A stretch of 64,000 nt of DNA, taken from the IMG/VR virus record IMGVR_UViG_3300027797_000016, positions 1-64,000 of that record. One strand, 5' to 3'. The position numbers and the translations under genes are program-made. Of this stretch, positions 10,388 through 20,040 are shown one piece after another; the stretch's first letter is position 1, and every line of letters starts with the position of its first letter. This stretch comes from a virus. Under the pieces are notes generated by a model that was given only the letters and a program-made list of their open reading frames with translations, was not told where the DNA came from and searched no databases.

Positions 10388-10799
10388 TGAGATTTTGTTT
10401 GTATGAGTGTATTATAGGGCATTTGATGCCCTTATGGGGGGGTTCTGTGCCACTAGAAGAAGTGGCACATCCATTAGTAAGAATATGCGGAACTTACATA
10501 ATCATCATATGCTGCTTCGCCATATCCTTCATTGATGTTGTCAAGAACTTCATCATTAGAAGGAAGTTCTTTATCTACTAGATTCCAGTAGTAAAGAACA
10601 GTTTCTAGTGCAAGTTTATCATCAAGTTCCCACCATTCATAATCGTAAGTAGGATAGAGTGGATCTACTGGAGTATTTGCAAGGTTTGCCTTGACAGTTT
10701 TTGCATTATCTAAAACATCAAGATAATCAAGAAAATCTTGAGGAAGATTCTTCCAATTTTCTTGAGTTTCAGGATAGTCGATAGTTTGACGAGTCATGA

Positions 10800-11051
10800 T
10801 TAAACCTCTGCAAATGGATTGGCAAGTTGTGGAATTGTATTAAATCCAACAACTTCATACGGAATGGGAATGTTATTGAGATACTCTCGAATCTCAAGAT
10901 CCATCTCAACTCGATTGAGAAACTTTTTGGATTGAGTTTTCCCCATAAAAGTGAGAGTTTTCAAGTACCACTCTTTAGATACATCACCGAATGGTGTTTT
11001 GATGGGGTAGAAATCCACCATCATATTACCATCTTTGGATTGAAGTTTCAT
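10800..11051 (-). CDS. Hypothetical protein
   Basis: ORF track. Confidence 0.7.
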   Translation of the reverse strand: MKLQSKDGNMMVDFYPIKTPFGDVSKEWYLKTLTFMGKTQSKKFLNRVEMDLEIREYLNNIPIPYEVVGFNTIPQLANPFAEV

Positions 11052-11054
11052 AGT

Positions 11055-11489
11055 TTAGAATTGAGTATCGAAAACAAATCCATTGGAATAAACACAGTCA
11101 AGATTATCGAAAGTGTTTTCCCAATCAACCTCAACACAACTAGGAATGTCAAGGCAATAGCAAGAACTCACAAAGTCTTCTGCATAGTCTGCTTTAGAAC
11201 TCCATTCGCCACGGTAGGCGTCCTCAAAACCACTAAGAGAATCAACACCAAACTCCTCAATGAAAACATCGACTGCTTCATAAGAATTAGATTCTCCTGC
11301 CTCCACATACTCATCGTAATGATCGCAGAAAGCAGTATCTCCATATTCTTGAATGAAAGCAATCATATCATCAATGAAGAAGTTTTCTTCAAGATAGGAT
11401 TCAATCTTTTCTACAATAGATTCACCCAAGAACTGATTATAGTTCTCGCTTGTGAGATTGGAATAATCAACAGCGTAGGTCGAAGTCAT
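11055..11489 (-). CDS. Acidic ArdA-like protein, paralog 2
   Basis: AYRGEWSSKADYAEDFV...VDWENTF...NGFVF. Confidence 0.5.
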   Translation of the reverse strand: MTSTYAVDYSNLTSENYNQFLGESIVEKIESYLEENFFIDDMIAFIQEYGDTAFCDHYDEYVEAGESNSYEAVDVFIEEFGVDSLSGFEDAYRGEWSSKADYAEDFVSSCYCLDIPSCVEVDWENTFDNLDCVYSNGFVFDTQF

Positions 11490-11579
11490 AGAAGTTATGT
11501 GAGGTTGAATGTGATGAAGTTAGATAACAGCATACTTGCCAAGATGTCAGTTGACGTTATCAAGGTGGTCTTACTGCCT

Positions 11580-11653
11580 CCTTCACCACCCCTTTAATAT
11601 ACCACATTTTGAGGTCTGTGCCCGTTTACTGTGCCAGCACAACAAGTGGCACA
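11580..11653 (-). promoter_or_regulatory. Early promoter cassette (long subtype)
   Basis: Palindrome 11630-11653. Confidence 0.85.
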
Positions 11654-11720
11654 AGGGAACCTTTAATAAGACAAATCCTTATTAAAGGATACGTTCCGCT
11701 TGCATAAGTGGCACAAGGCA

Positions 11721-12956
11721 TCACTTACTGGTCGTGGTGATACAAGGTTCGCCGCGAGTAAAAATAGTATCTACAACTGCTTGCACTTTGCGAGCAGTTG
11801 AAATACCTACAGAGTTGTAGACTGGAATCACACAGAGAGCAAATGACTTGGTGTATTGATGTAGTGCTCCAGGTTGAATCCTACCCTCAGCAAGACCTTT
11901 AGCATCATCGTGATGCAACCTAACAACTCTTCCAATCGTTTGAGCAATTGAAGTATAGTCCATGGGGCGCATAAAGATGACTGCTTCTAGACCAGAAACA
12001 GAAATACCTTCGCTGATGATAGAGTGATGAATAACGACAAACTTCTTGGAGTTATCCTTCCCCCAAGCATTAAGTGTATCAAAAAACAATTCACGATTGA
12101 CTTTTTTACCATCAATGATTGCTCCTGTTTTACTCGTAATGACCATCCAAGAGTATCCACGTTCTTCTAGTTCTTTACAGAACTCAGTCTCACTAATCAA
12201 ACCAATGATTTGTTTGGTTGTTTTAGCACAGATAAGTGCCTTACCTACTTGATAATCATCAAGAGTTTCGATAAGATTATCAGCATCTCGATCAAAGATA
12301 ACCTGACGACCTTGAACCATTGGTAGTTGCTTCACTTCTACTTTGGGTGGAACAATATAACCACCTTGAACCATCTCAGGACCAGAAACATTTGCAATAA
12401 TCTGTCCGTAAACTTCAGTCCAATTCATACCTGGTTTACCAATGACAGTAGAGTTCTTTGGTGTTGCAGTGTAAGAATAAAATCGCTTTGCAGTCTTGGA
12501 GAAGTGCTCTACAGCAGGAAAGAAATGTTTCTGTATGCTATTATGTGCCTCATCCAGATGAATAGTATCAACCTCAATCTCAGCATCAACAAGACGTTGA
12601 AGAGAGTGATAGGTTGTGAAAATCAGTTTGTGAGAGGAGTTATGACTCCCGACCCAATTGTAGATTTCAAGAGGACGTGTAGAGGATTCCCAGCGTGTTT
12701 CTCCACTGTGAACGTGAAATACTTTTGCATTAGTGATAAACTCCAGATACTCGTGAGAGAGTTGCTCTGCCAGCAAAATCCTTGGAGAAACTACAACAAC
12801 AGTCTTGGGAGTTTCTGTCTCAAACTGTCGCATTGTATCAACAATACCTACAAGAGTTTTACCTGCACCAGTTACGGCACAGATAATACCTTTGTTATAT
12901 TTTTGCATTGCATCAACAGATCGTTGTTGATGTTCACGAAGGTGCAGTTGCATCAA
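11721..12956 (-). CDS. Superfamily 2 DEAH helicase (ResIII-like)
   Basis: LREHQ Q-motif, TGAGKT Walker A, LDEAH Walker B, TATP motif III, QTIGRVVR motif VI. Confidence 0.92.
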   Translation of the reverse strand: MMQLHLREHQQRSVDAMQKYNKGIICAVTGAGKTLVGIVDTMRQFETETPKTVVVVSPRILLAEQLSHEYLEFITNAKVFHVHSGETRWESSTRPLEIYNWVGSHNSSHKLIFTTYHSLQRLVDAEIEVDTIHLDEAHNSIQKHFFPAVEHFSKTAKRFYSYTATPKNSTVIGKPGMNWTEVYGQIIANVSGPEMVQGGYIVPPKVEVKQLPMVQGRQVIFDRDADNLIETLDDYQVGKALICAKTTKQIIGLISETEFCKELEERGYSWMVITSKTGAIIDGKKVNRELFFDTLNAWGKDNSKKFVVIHHSIISEGISVSGLEAVIFMRPMDYTSIAQTIGRVVRLHHDDAKGLAEGRIQPGALHQYTKSFALCVIPVYNSVGISTARKVQAVVDTIFTRGEPCITTTSK

Positions 12957-14919
12957 TTAACTTCCAATAGAAATATTGTAGCACACTTTGCGGTGTGCTA
13001 CAGGTGTGAGTGTGCCAGTTAAAAAATTGGTCTTGATATTATGAAGAGTGGAAAAGATATTCTATTTTTTATTACCTAAAACTCACATTTGCTCCCACAA
13101 CTTTACAAGATGGATTTCGCACTTTGGCGGTTTCTTTAGCTTCTTTTACATCATTAGCATAAACTTCCTCTGTGAAAGTTTGTCCGCCCTGATATAAAGT
13201 TACGATATATTTCATAGTAGATCAGTTGCGATTTTTACGTTGTTGATTGTGGCGATAAGATGCAGATGGGTCGGGATCATAAATTCCACCACCGATTGCG
13301 AGAGTAATCATAATTCAAAGAATACAGAAGGAACCACAGAACTTACGAACCCATTGCAGGGTATCATAATAACCGCGAGGATTAGACATTACCATACTCA
13401 CATTCTTTTCAGGATTGAAAGCAATAGCAACATACTTATAAACATCATAAGATTCCTCAATCTCTTCAATCCACATTTGATTGACTTTACCTTCTTTCCA
13501 GTTGGTTGTGTAGTGAAAAAGCATGGTATGCATTAGTTTGCTGCCAAAATTAAATGTGCTACTCTATTCTCAGGAACAAAATCCTGAAGTTTATCATTTA
13601 GCATTTCAAACTGTTGTGCCATATTGAAATAGTATGCTGCCAGAGTATAATTCTCGGCATCATCCAAACTATCTGCCATCTTGATAAGTTGAGTGATAAT
13701 ATCCAACAACTCACCAGATGTGAATGAAATCGAAGTCATTTTACGTTGAGTTTGAGTTTGAGTGCTTTGAGCGATTGCTTCCTTGCTTTGAGTTGTCCCT
13801 TGCAAGTTCCTTTTGTATTCTTTTGTTTACCAGAGTTATGAACCCAATTTGGAGTTGGCACAACTCATTTCACCTCTGAACTGCGTTCATCATAGCACCT
13901 CTTGGGGTGTCGCAGGGGATTACTGTGCCACCCCAAGAAGTGGCACAGATTTATTTTAGTATTTCTTTAATGTCTTGAGTGTAAGTTATTTTAATCTAAT
14001 CCAAGTGCAGTGGTGAGTTTTTGAAGTGTTTCTCTGGTGATAATATCTTCTTCCAGTTCTTCAGGAGTTGCAATACTTAAATACATCTCATATGCTTCAT
14101 TCCAAAAATCTTGTGATGGGATTTTACCAAGATAAGACTTTTGTTTTTTACTGTGATAATCCCAAAAGTCATCGCAGTTAATCTTAGTCATTTCAGTTGT
14201 CCTTCAGCGATGTGATTGAGAATGTTGCGGGCATACTTCATAAAGTCATATGCAGACACATTACCATTGTAATTCTCAACACAATACCCATCAAGAACAT
14301 CAGAACCGTTGTAAGTGTTGACAATCAGCAAGCAAGCATCATAGAGTGCTGCCTGGTGCTCTTCTTTAGAATGAAACTGAATTGCGTTATAAGAGGGAAG
14401 CATAATAATCAGTTGGTAGGTTCAGTAATCCATACAGCACGGTCAGTTCCCATTCTAAATGAATGGTCCCAAATGAAATGAGTTGCTTGTTGATTCGACA
14501 TAGCAAACTCTTTCATAAAGAAATGAACTGCTTGAGTAAGAGTCTCAAACCGATGTGTTTGTTTCATTTGATATCAAAAAGGTTGAATAGATCGCGTTGA
14601 GTTTGAGTAAAGAGAGTATCAGGTTCAGGATAGTTATGAACTACCTCCTGAAGGTCTTTATACACATAAAGCATATCTTGCAGAACAAGAAGTTGCTTTT
14701 CAGTCAGGATGTCTTCAATCATTAGAACTTTATCAAGCATAGTTTCAGTAGTCAGTTCCATCATTTTCACATCGTTGAATCCAATAAGAATAGCACGGAA
14801 AGTTTTGTGGGCGGTCTGGTTGTCGTTGATACCAATTAAATGCAAGATTCAATCGGTTTTCTGGCACCTGCAAATACGGAATGTAAGACAGATGTGGTGT
14901 GTAGGTCATTGGGTGCTCT

Positions 14920-14989
14920 CTTCACCCTTTAAGAATACCACATTTAAGTCGCTGTGCCCGTTTAGTGTGCCAGCACAACAAGTGGCACA
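14920..14989 (-). promoter_or_regulatory. Early promoter cassette (long subtype)
   Basis: Palindrome 14966-14989. Confidence 0.85.
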
Positions 14990-15345
14990 AGGTATCAATA
15001 ATCCCCCACTTCTTTCCAATCTAGGTCATAATTAACACACTCAAGATACTGAGACATAATATCCTGAGATACAACATCACAGTCCATATAGTCTCTAATA
15101 TTCTCAAGATCAATAAAAGTTTCTACGATTGCTGACCTATACTCTGGAGGATCATAAAGTGTTTGTGTCCTATCTAAGATAAAGTCCTCTGCAACTGCCT
15201 GCACGTAGACAGTTGCATCATCAAGAGTTTTAATTTCTAGGATTTCCATTTTGCATCTTTATGTTGTTTGTTCTTGTATTATAGGGCATCCAGAGGCGCC
15301 CAGAGAGGTCAGTGTGACAGTTCCTCAAGTGGCACAGCAATACAA

Positions 15346-16317
15346 TTAACTGAAAAATGAAGTGAGATTATTATTTGATTTTTTACATTCTTCTATTGCT
15401 TCAGTTACAAGTCTAATTGACTGTTGGTTAATATCTAAAGTCATACAATTTCTTTCTAAAAGGTTTGAAGCAATTGCAGTAGTTCCAGAACCAGCAAAAG
15501 GATCCAAAACCCAACCATTTATAGGACAAGATGATTTTACAATTCTTTCTAATAATTTAAGTGGTTTTTGTGTTGGATATTTGCGTTTGTTTGTTTCACT
15601 TCTTGAAATGAAATAAACATCATCCCATAGATTTTGGACTGGAACACCTTTATTGTCATCAAGATAGATTTTCTTGTAAATCATATTTTTTCCAAAGTGA
15701 AGAAGATTATTATTATCCATTTCTTTCAACATATCTTCACTCACTCTCCAACCATAAGTTGGTTTGTATCCTTTATATTCAAAGTCTCTGCCTGGACGAC
15801 TTTTTTCACCTGTAGTTTTAGCAAGAGCATAATAACCTCTTTCATCTTGGTTTTTGAAACTATTTTTCTCATATTTTTCATCAAGATCAACATATTCCAC
15901 TTGAAAGTATGGATTACCTTTTCTCAAAACCATAATACTATCTACAATGTTTCCCCAACCATTTTTGATATTATTTTTTGGACCACTCCTTTTCCAAGAG
16001 ATATTAGTATAAAAAGCATTTCTAACTTCTTCCTTTACTTTGGATAAAACAAGTGCATTACCAATAAAGTTATTATGTAAATACATCCATCCATTTTTAT
16101 TCAAAACAGACCATCCTTTATTGATAATATCAGCATACCAATCAATATAGTCATCAAAGGACTTCCAGTTGTCTGAAAATCCTTTTTCTTCACCATCTTG
16201 CTCCAACATCTTAAAGTCTCTTTGTAATCCAAAGGGAGGGTCCATATAAATCAAATCAAATGTTTGATTTAAGGTATTGATAGTTTCGGCAGATTGATTA
16301 AGAATGTTAATAGACAT
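15346..16317 (-). CDS. N6-adenine/N4-cytosine DNA methyltransferase (beta class)
   Basis: LIYMDPPF catalytic motif before YPTQKP..LLERI and VLDPFAGSGTT SAM-binding motif. Confidence 0.93.
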   Translation of the reverse strand: MSINILNQSAETINTLNQTFDLIYMDPPFGLQRDFKMLEQDGEEKGFSDNWKSFDDYIDWYADIINKGWSVLNKNGWMYLHNNFIGNALVLSKVKEEVRNAFYTNISWKRSGPKNNIKNGWGNIVDSIMVLRKGNPYFQVEYVDLDEKYEKNSFKNQDERGYYALAKTTGEKSRPGRDFEYKGYKPTYGWRVSEDMLKEMDNNNLLHFGKNMIYKKIYLDDNKGVPVQNLWDDVYFISRSETNKRKYPTQKPLKLLERIVKSSCPINGWVLDPFAGSGTTAIASNLLERNCMTLDINQQSIRLVTEAIEECKKSNNNLTSFFS

Positions 16318-17053
16318 ATATTTGAGGTTTGGTAACTGAAAGAAGTTCTTTGATATTGTCTTGCTGAAGTTTGATTACAACTTGAGAGTTTTTATTTGAT
16401 TTACTCATACCAAGAAAAGCATTGATACCATTATTACTGGTTATACGAATGCGAAGTCCACAATCATAAGTATGTATGCCATCACTAAAAATTACTTTTC
16501 GTGATGATTTACCCTTTCCTTGTAGAGTAATTGTATAGTTGGAATTGAGATATTGATTGACTGAATGATTCTCAAATGGAAATACAAAAAGACTTTTGGT
16601 TTCAATATCATTCACAACAACATCAAATCCAGAAAGAGTATCTTTCATTCCTTGTTGAATAATAGTTGCGACATCTTCACCTGTTAGATTATTCAAACAA
16701 GTTTCACAATAAACATCAAAATTATCTCTAACTTGACAAACAAAAGTATCATCTTCTAAAATTGATTTTGGAAGAGAACGAAACTCTTTTACATTTTCAA
16801 GAAAAGATTGGAAAATGTCTCCCAAAACACTATTATACTTACTGGTATTAAACCAGTCAAATGAACCATTTTGTATTCCTTTTTTTCTTTTAATACTTAT
16901 TTGTTTAGGACCAGAAACAGCATCTTCTTTTTGTTTGGTTCCACCTCGTTTTTCAACTTTATTTTCATAAATTTTCAGTTGATTGAGGAGTTTGATGGTA
17001 TCCTTTTCATTCTGCACTCCTTCGTAATGAACCGAACCGTCAGTTTTGAACAT
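16307..17053 (-). CDS. Putative PD-(D/E)xK restriction-like endonuclease; probable start MFKTDGS
   Basis: E...KEDAV...ISIK arrangement; overlaps the start of the methyltransferase; preceded by a promoter cassette (17074-17131). Confidence 0.45.
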   Translation of the reverse strand: MFKTDGSVHYEGVQNEKDTIKLLNQLKIYENKVEKRGGTKQKEDAVSGPKQISIKRKKGIQNGSFDWFNTSKYNSVLGDIFQSFLENVKEFRSLPKSILEDDTFVCQVRDNFDVYCETCLNNLTGEDVATIIQQGMKDTLSGFDVVVNDIETKSLFVFPFENHSVNQYLNSNYTITLQGKGKSSRKVIFSDGIHTYDCGLRIRITSNNGINAFLGMSKSNKNSQVVIKLQQDNIKELLSVTKPQIYVY

Positions 17054-17139
17054 TTGTGTTTTATTGATTACCTTATTATAGGGCATCAGGACGCCCAATG
17101 GTGGAAGTATGGGACACTTCAACAAGTGTCCTTTGAGAA

Positions 17140-17211
17140 TAGGAATACCAAGATTCGAACTTGGATTTATCGCTTATCAAGCGATTATTCTAACCATTGA
17201 ATTATACTCCT
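17140..17211 (-). tRNA. trnI: tRNA-Ile(GAT)
   Basis: Cloverleaf; anticodon arm ATCGC-TTGATAA-GCGAT; TTCGAAT T-loop. Confidence 0.93.
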
Positions 17212-17245
17212 AAGAAAAACAGTAGAAACTACTGCTCGTTAAATA

Positions 17246-17401
17246 TCAAACAGCAACAGGAGTTTGTGCGGTATCATAAGCATCCAGTGCTTCTACAAGA
17301 TCAGCACCAGTTTCTGCATTAACGATGCTTACAACAAGTTGAGAACCAGCAGAATTAGTATCGGCAAGGTCAGTAGCAAGAGCAAGCAGTTGAGTAGACA
17401 T
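17246..17401 (-). CDS. Small hypothetical protein, 51 aa, ending in TPVAV
   Basis: Start MSTQLL; the longer ORF-track start overlaps tRNA-Glu. Confidence 0.7.
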   Translation of the reverse strand: MSTQLLALATDLADTNSAGSQLVVSIVNAETGADLVEALDAYDTAQTPVAV

Positions 17402-17443
17402 AATAAAGAAGATAATTGAATAATTTGGGAATAAAGTTCCCAA

Positions 17444-17515
17444 TAGTCCCAATGGGATTCGAACCCATATGCCCAGAATGAAAATCTGGTATCCTAACCC
17501 TTAGATGATGGGACC
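17444..17515 (-). tRNA. trnE: tRNA-Glu(TTC)
   Basis: Anticodon arm CCAGA-TTTTCAT-TCTGG; GGTCCCA/TGGGACT acceptor stem. Confidence 0.93.
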
Positions 17516-17518
17516 ATA

Positions 17519-17590
17519 CGACTCTAACGAGATTTGAACTCGTGATAATACCGTGACAGGGTATCGTGATGACCGCTTCACTATAGAGTC
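17519..17590 (-). tRNA. trnD: tRNA-Asp(GTC)
   Basis: Anticodon arm ATACC-CTGTCAC-GGTAT; GACTCTA/TAGAGTC acceptor stem. Confidence 0.93.
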
Positions 17591-17598
17591 AATGGATG

Positions 17599-17629
17599 AA
17601 AAAAGGGATACTCATACAAGCACCCCTTT
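17599..17629 (-). terminator. Intrinsic terminator or 3' hairpin of the tmRNA coding piece
   Basis: GGGGTGCT-TGTATG-AGTATCCC followed by TTTTTT. Confidence 0.75.
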
Positions 17630-17798
17630 CATATAAGTTTTGGATGAGAAGGAAACTTATAGAACCCCCTTCACTCATTTAGAGTCAAACTGCAACAGGT
17701 GCGGAATGACGAGTGAAATTGACAATGTTGTTGCCTTTTGTTTGTTTGTTCCGTCAACAGATAAGAACTTTATGCTTTATCGAAACCAGTGCATCCCC
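17599..17798 (-). ncRNA. ssrA: tmRNA, coding piece of a circularly permuted (two-piece) gene
   Basis: 5' end GGGGATGCACTGGTTTCGA; tag frame 17735-17685 GNNIVNFTRHSAPVAV*, like cyanobacterial ANNIV..F.R..APVAA tags; pseudoknot and terminator hairpin downstream. Confidence 0.92.
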
Positions 17799-17799
17799 G

Positions 17800-17874
17800 T
17801 GGCGAAGGGTTAGAGACTTGAACTCTAATCTTTGGTTTTGGAGACCAAGGTGCTACCAATTGCACCAACCCAAC
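17800..17874 (-). tRNA. trnW: tRNA-Trp(CCA) with encoded CCA and two U-U mismatches in the acceptor stem, inside the tmRNA intervening segment
   Basis: Anticodon arm TTGGT-CTCCAAA-ACCAA; T-arm TAGAG-TTCAAGT-CTCTA; acceptor GTTGGGT/ACCCTTC. Confidence 0.85.
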
Positions 17875-17960
17875 GTAATGCTATGTGATTGTGAATCCAA
17901 ATTAAGTTAGACAAAAAAGATGCCCCACTGCAATCTTTTTCTTAACTTAAACCATAGCGA

Positions 17961-18019
17961 TGGAGATGTGGAGAATCGAACTCCAGTCTAAAACATCAGT
18001 AATCTCATCCTCTTGAACT
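17961..18019 (-). ncRNA. ssrA: tmRNA, acceptor piece of the permuted gene
   Basis: GAC-TGGAG-TTCGATT-CTCCA-CATCTCC-A pairs with GGGGATG including G3:U70; ATGTTTTA and GATGAG pair with TAAAGCAT and CTTATC of the coding piece. Confidence 0.92.
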
Positions 18020-18023
18020 TTTA

Positions 18024-18031
18024 TATTTAGT
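18024..18031 (-). promoter_or_regulatory. T4-like late promoter candidate for the tmRNA precursor
   Basis: ACTAAATA immediately upstream of the acceptor piece. Confidence 0.65.
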
Positions 18032-18105
18032 AATATGTGTTTATATTACTAGGAGACTATAAGGGCAACTACCATTCCCATTAGCAATAGAAATCAAACA
18101 CACAG

Positions 18106-18194
18106 CAGAAGTGGTTGGATTCGAACCAACGGATGCCCTAAAGAACATCAAAGGATTAGCAATCCTCCGCATTAGACCTCTCTGCCACACTTCT
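18106..18194 (-). tRNA. trnS: tRNA-Ser(GCT)
   Basis: Anticodon arm GAGGA-TTGCTAA-TCCTT; long variable arm; AGAAGTG/CACTTCT acceptor stem. Confidence 0.93.
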
Positions 18195-18454
18195 AAAAAA
18201 GAAATCAAACACCCAAAGGATATTCAATTTCTATCTCATCTTCATCAGGAAGACCCAGTTGAAGACCTACATAATCCTCATAATCGACTCCTAGAAACTT
18301 TTGTGCAAAGGTTTCATAGTCATCGTGAAGAATACAAGTGTTAATCATTACAAACCTCCCTCCTTGACTTGATGAATACATCATAGCACAGGTTTTGGGT
18401 CTCGGCAAGGGTCATGTGCCACCTCCAAAAGTGGCACAGTCTCTTGAGTCTTAC

Positions 18455-18889
18455 TTAGAATTGCTTCTCGATAATGTTTGCAAGTTGAGGAAAAGTGTAT
18501 CCAGCGTCGTTAAGATTTGAAATCTCATCAAAATAAAATAGTGCCTCTTCATATTCTTCAACTTCAACTCTTACTTGAGGATTTTTGACCCTGAGTTCTG
18601 CCCATTCTTTTACAGATTCGGGAAGAAACTCACTTTCATCATCAAAGTAAAAATAGTCGCACTTTTGAAGTTGTGATGGAACAATTTCATCTTCAGTTTT
18701 GATTGTATCATCACCACGAAACTCCCACTTTAGATTATTCTCTTTTGAATACAGATCACAAAGAACTCCAAGGCAACAATAACCCTGTCCAGAGTAAAGT
18801 TTTCCATCACCCTGTTCATACTCACCAGAACGCAGAGCACTTATCCACTTCTGCTTGATTTCAGGATTCATTTTATTAAGAAGACTCAT
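18455..18889 (-). CDS. Conserved phage hypothetical protein
   Basis: KWISALRSGEYEQG...YCCLGVLCDL...LNDAGYTFPQLANIIE. Confidence 0.8.
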   Translation of the reverse strand: MSLLNKMNPEIKQKWISALRSGEYEQGDGKLYSGQGYCCLGVLCDLYSKENNLKWEFRGDDTIKTEDEIVPSQLQKCDYFYFDDESEFLPESVKEWAELRVKNPQVRVEVEEYEEALFYFDEISNLNDAGYTFPQLANIIEKQF

Positions 18890-19055
18890 TTGATGAAAAG
18901 AAGATTCACTTACGAAGAGGACTGTTCCAATAAGACTTAAAGATCCAATAAAGAATCACAGGAGTTGCAAACAAGGCAATAGCACCAATAAAGGTGTTTG
19001 CATTACCAGCAAAATCGTAGGTAGAGGGGGTCATCGAAATCTCAAGAACAAATGT

Positions 19056-19114
19056 AGTATAGCAGGTCAGGCAGGGCAGCGGAGTGCCCAATGTGCCAGT
19101 TCAATAACCGTCCA
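19056..19114 (-). promoter_or_regulatory. Early promoter cassette, near-identical to 19547-19605
   Basis: GTATAGCAGGTCAGGCAGG....CGGAGTGCCCAATGTGCCAGT shared by both copies; TGCTATACT -10 on minus strand. Confidence 0.8.
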
Positions 19115-20040
19115 GTGCATCCTCAAGCATTGTTAAAAGACCATCAAAATCTTCGCTTGAAGGAAGAACAGTAATTAAGGCATTTACCAACTCTGCACCA
19201 TACTCATCACGAAGTTCGTTGAGATATTCTTTGCGGTTGGCATAACCGTTTTCAGTGTAGACAGACATTTGTTTAATAATAAAGTTGAATAAAAACAATC
19301 AATCTTAAAAATTAACTTTTTTTATTTTTGCAAGAGAAGAATAAAAAGCACGACGCTCTCCACGCCAGCGGGGAACATCCTGAGAATATTGAGACATTCG
19401 CTCTCTCGCACACTCTGCAAGATGAAACCAATCAAGATTACCCATATAATCTTTGGGTTCATATTCAACTATCGAATCAACTAATGTAGATTTGATCGTG
19501 TATTGACGATAAATCATCAAAGGTTCTCTCTCTGTTATCTGGTATCAGTATAGCAGGTCAGGCAGGACGGCGGAGTGCCCAATGTGCCAGTCCCTCAACT
19601 GTCCTCAGGCAGTTCCTCTTCTACAACTTGGTTTTGTAGTGCAAGTTTGTCTGCTGCTGCTTTGCTGCCCTTAAAAACACGACCTTCTTTATAAAATCCC
19701 AGAACCCTTTCTCGTCGTGCTGCAATTAGAATATCATATTCTTCTTGTTGCGATTTGTTGAAATTAAAATCTTGTTGACGCCATTTAACTTGCAGTTCTT
19801 GAAGATGATGTAAAATATTAGAAGTCATAGTTGTTAATTAGTAATCAATGTTAGAGTTAAGATAAGTATCAAAGGATTTAGAGTTGTCATCCTCTTCCTC
19901 AAAGAGTTCTTCCACAAAATCAAATGTAGAAAAATCTTCTATTGAAAGATCATCATAATCATTCATATGTAAGGTTTGAGTTAGGCAAATACACTATACA
20001 GGAAATTAAAGTTCTTGTATAGTGGTCTTGTGCCAGTCGC

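Noticed and set aside
10827-13022. Long plus-strand ORFs (256 aa, 231 aa) and other plus-strand ORFs such as 42659..43270 and 62785..63567
   Set aside because: Antisense shadows of clear minus-strand genes, with no recognisable motifs
17941-18000. Truncated pseudo-tRNA (T-arm only)
   Set aside because: Explained as the acceptor piece of the permuted tmRNA
17713-18344. Plus-strand ORFs 17713..17910 and 18111..18344
   Set aside because: Antisense to tmRNA and tRNA genes
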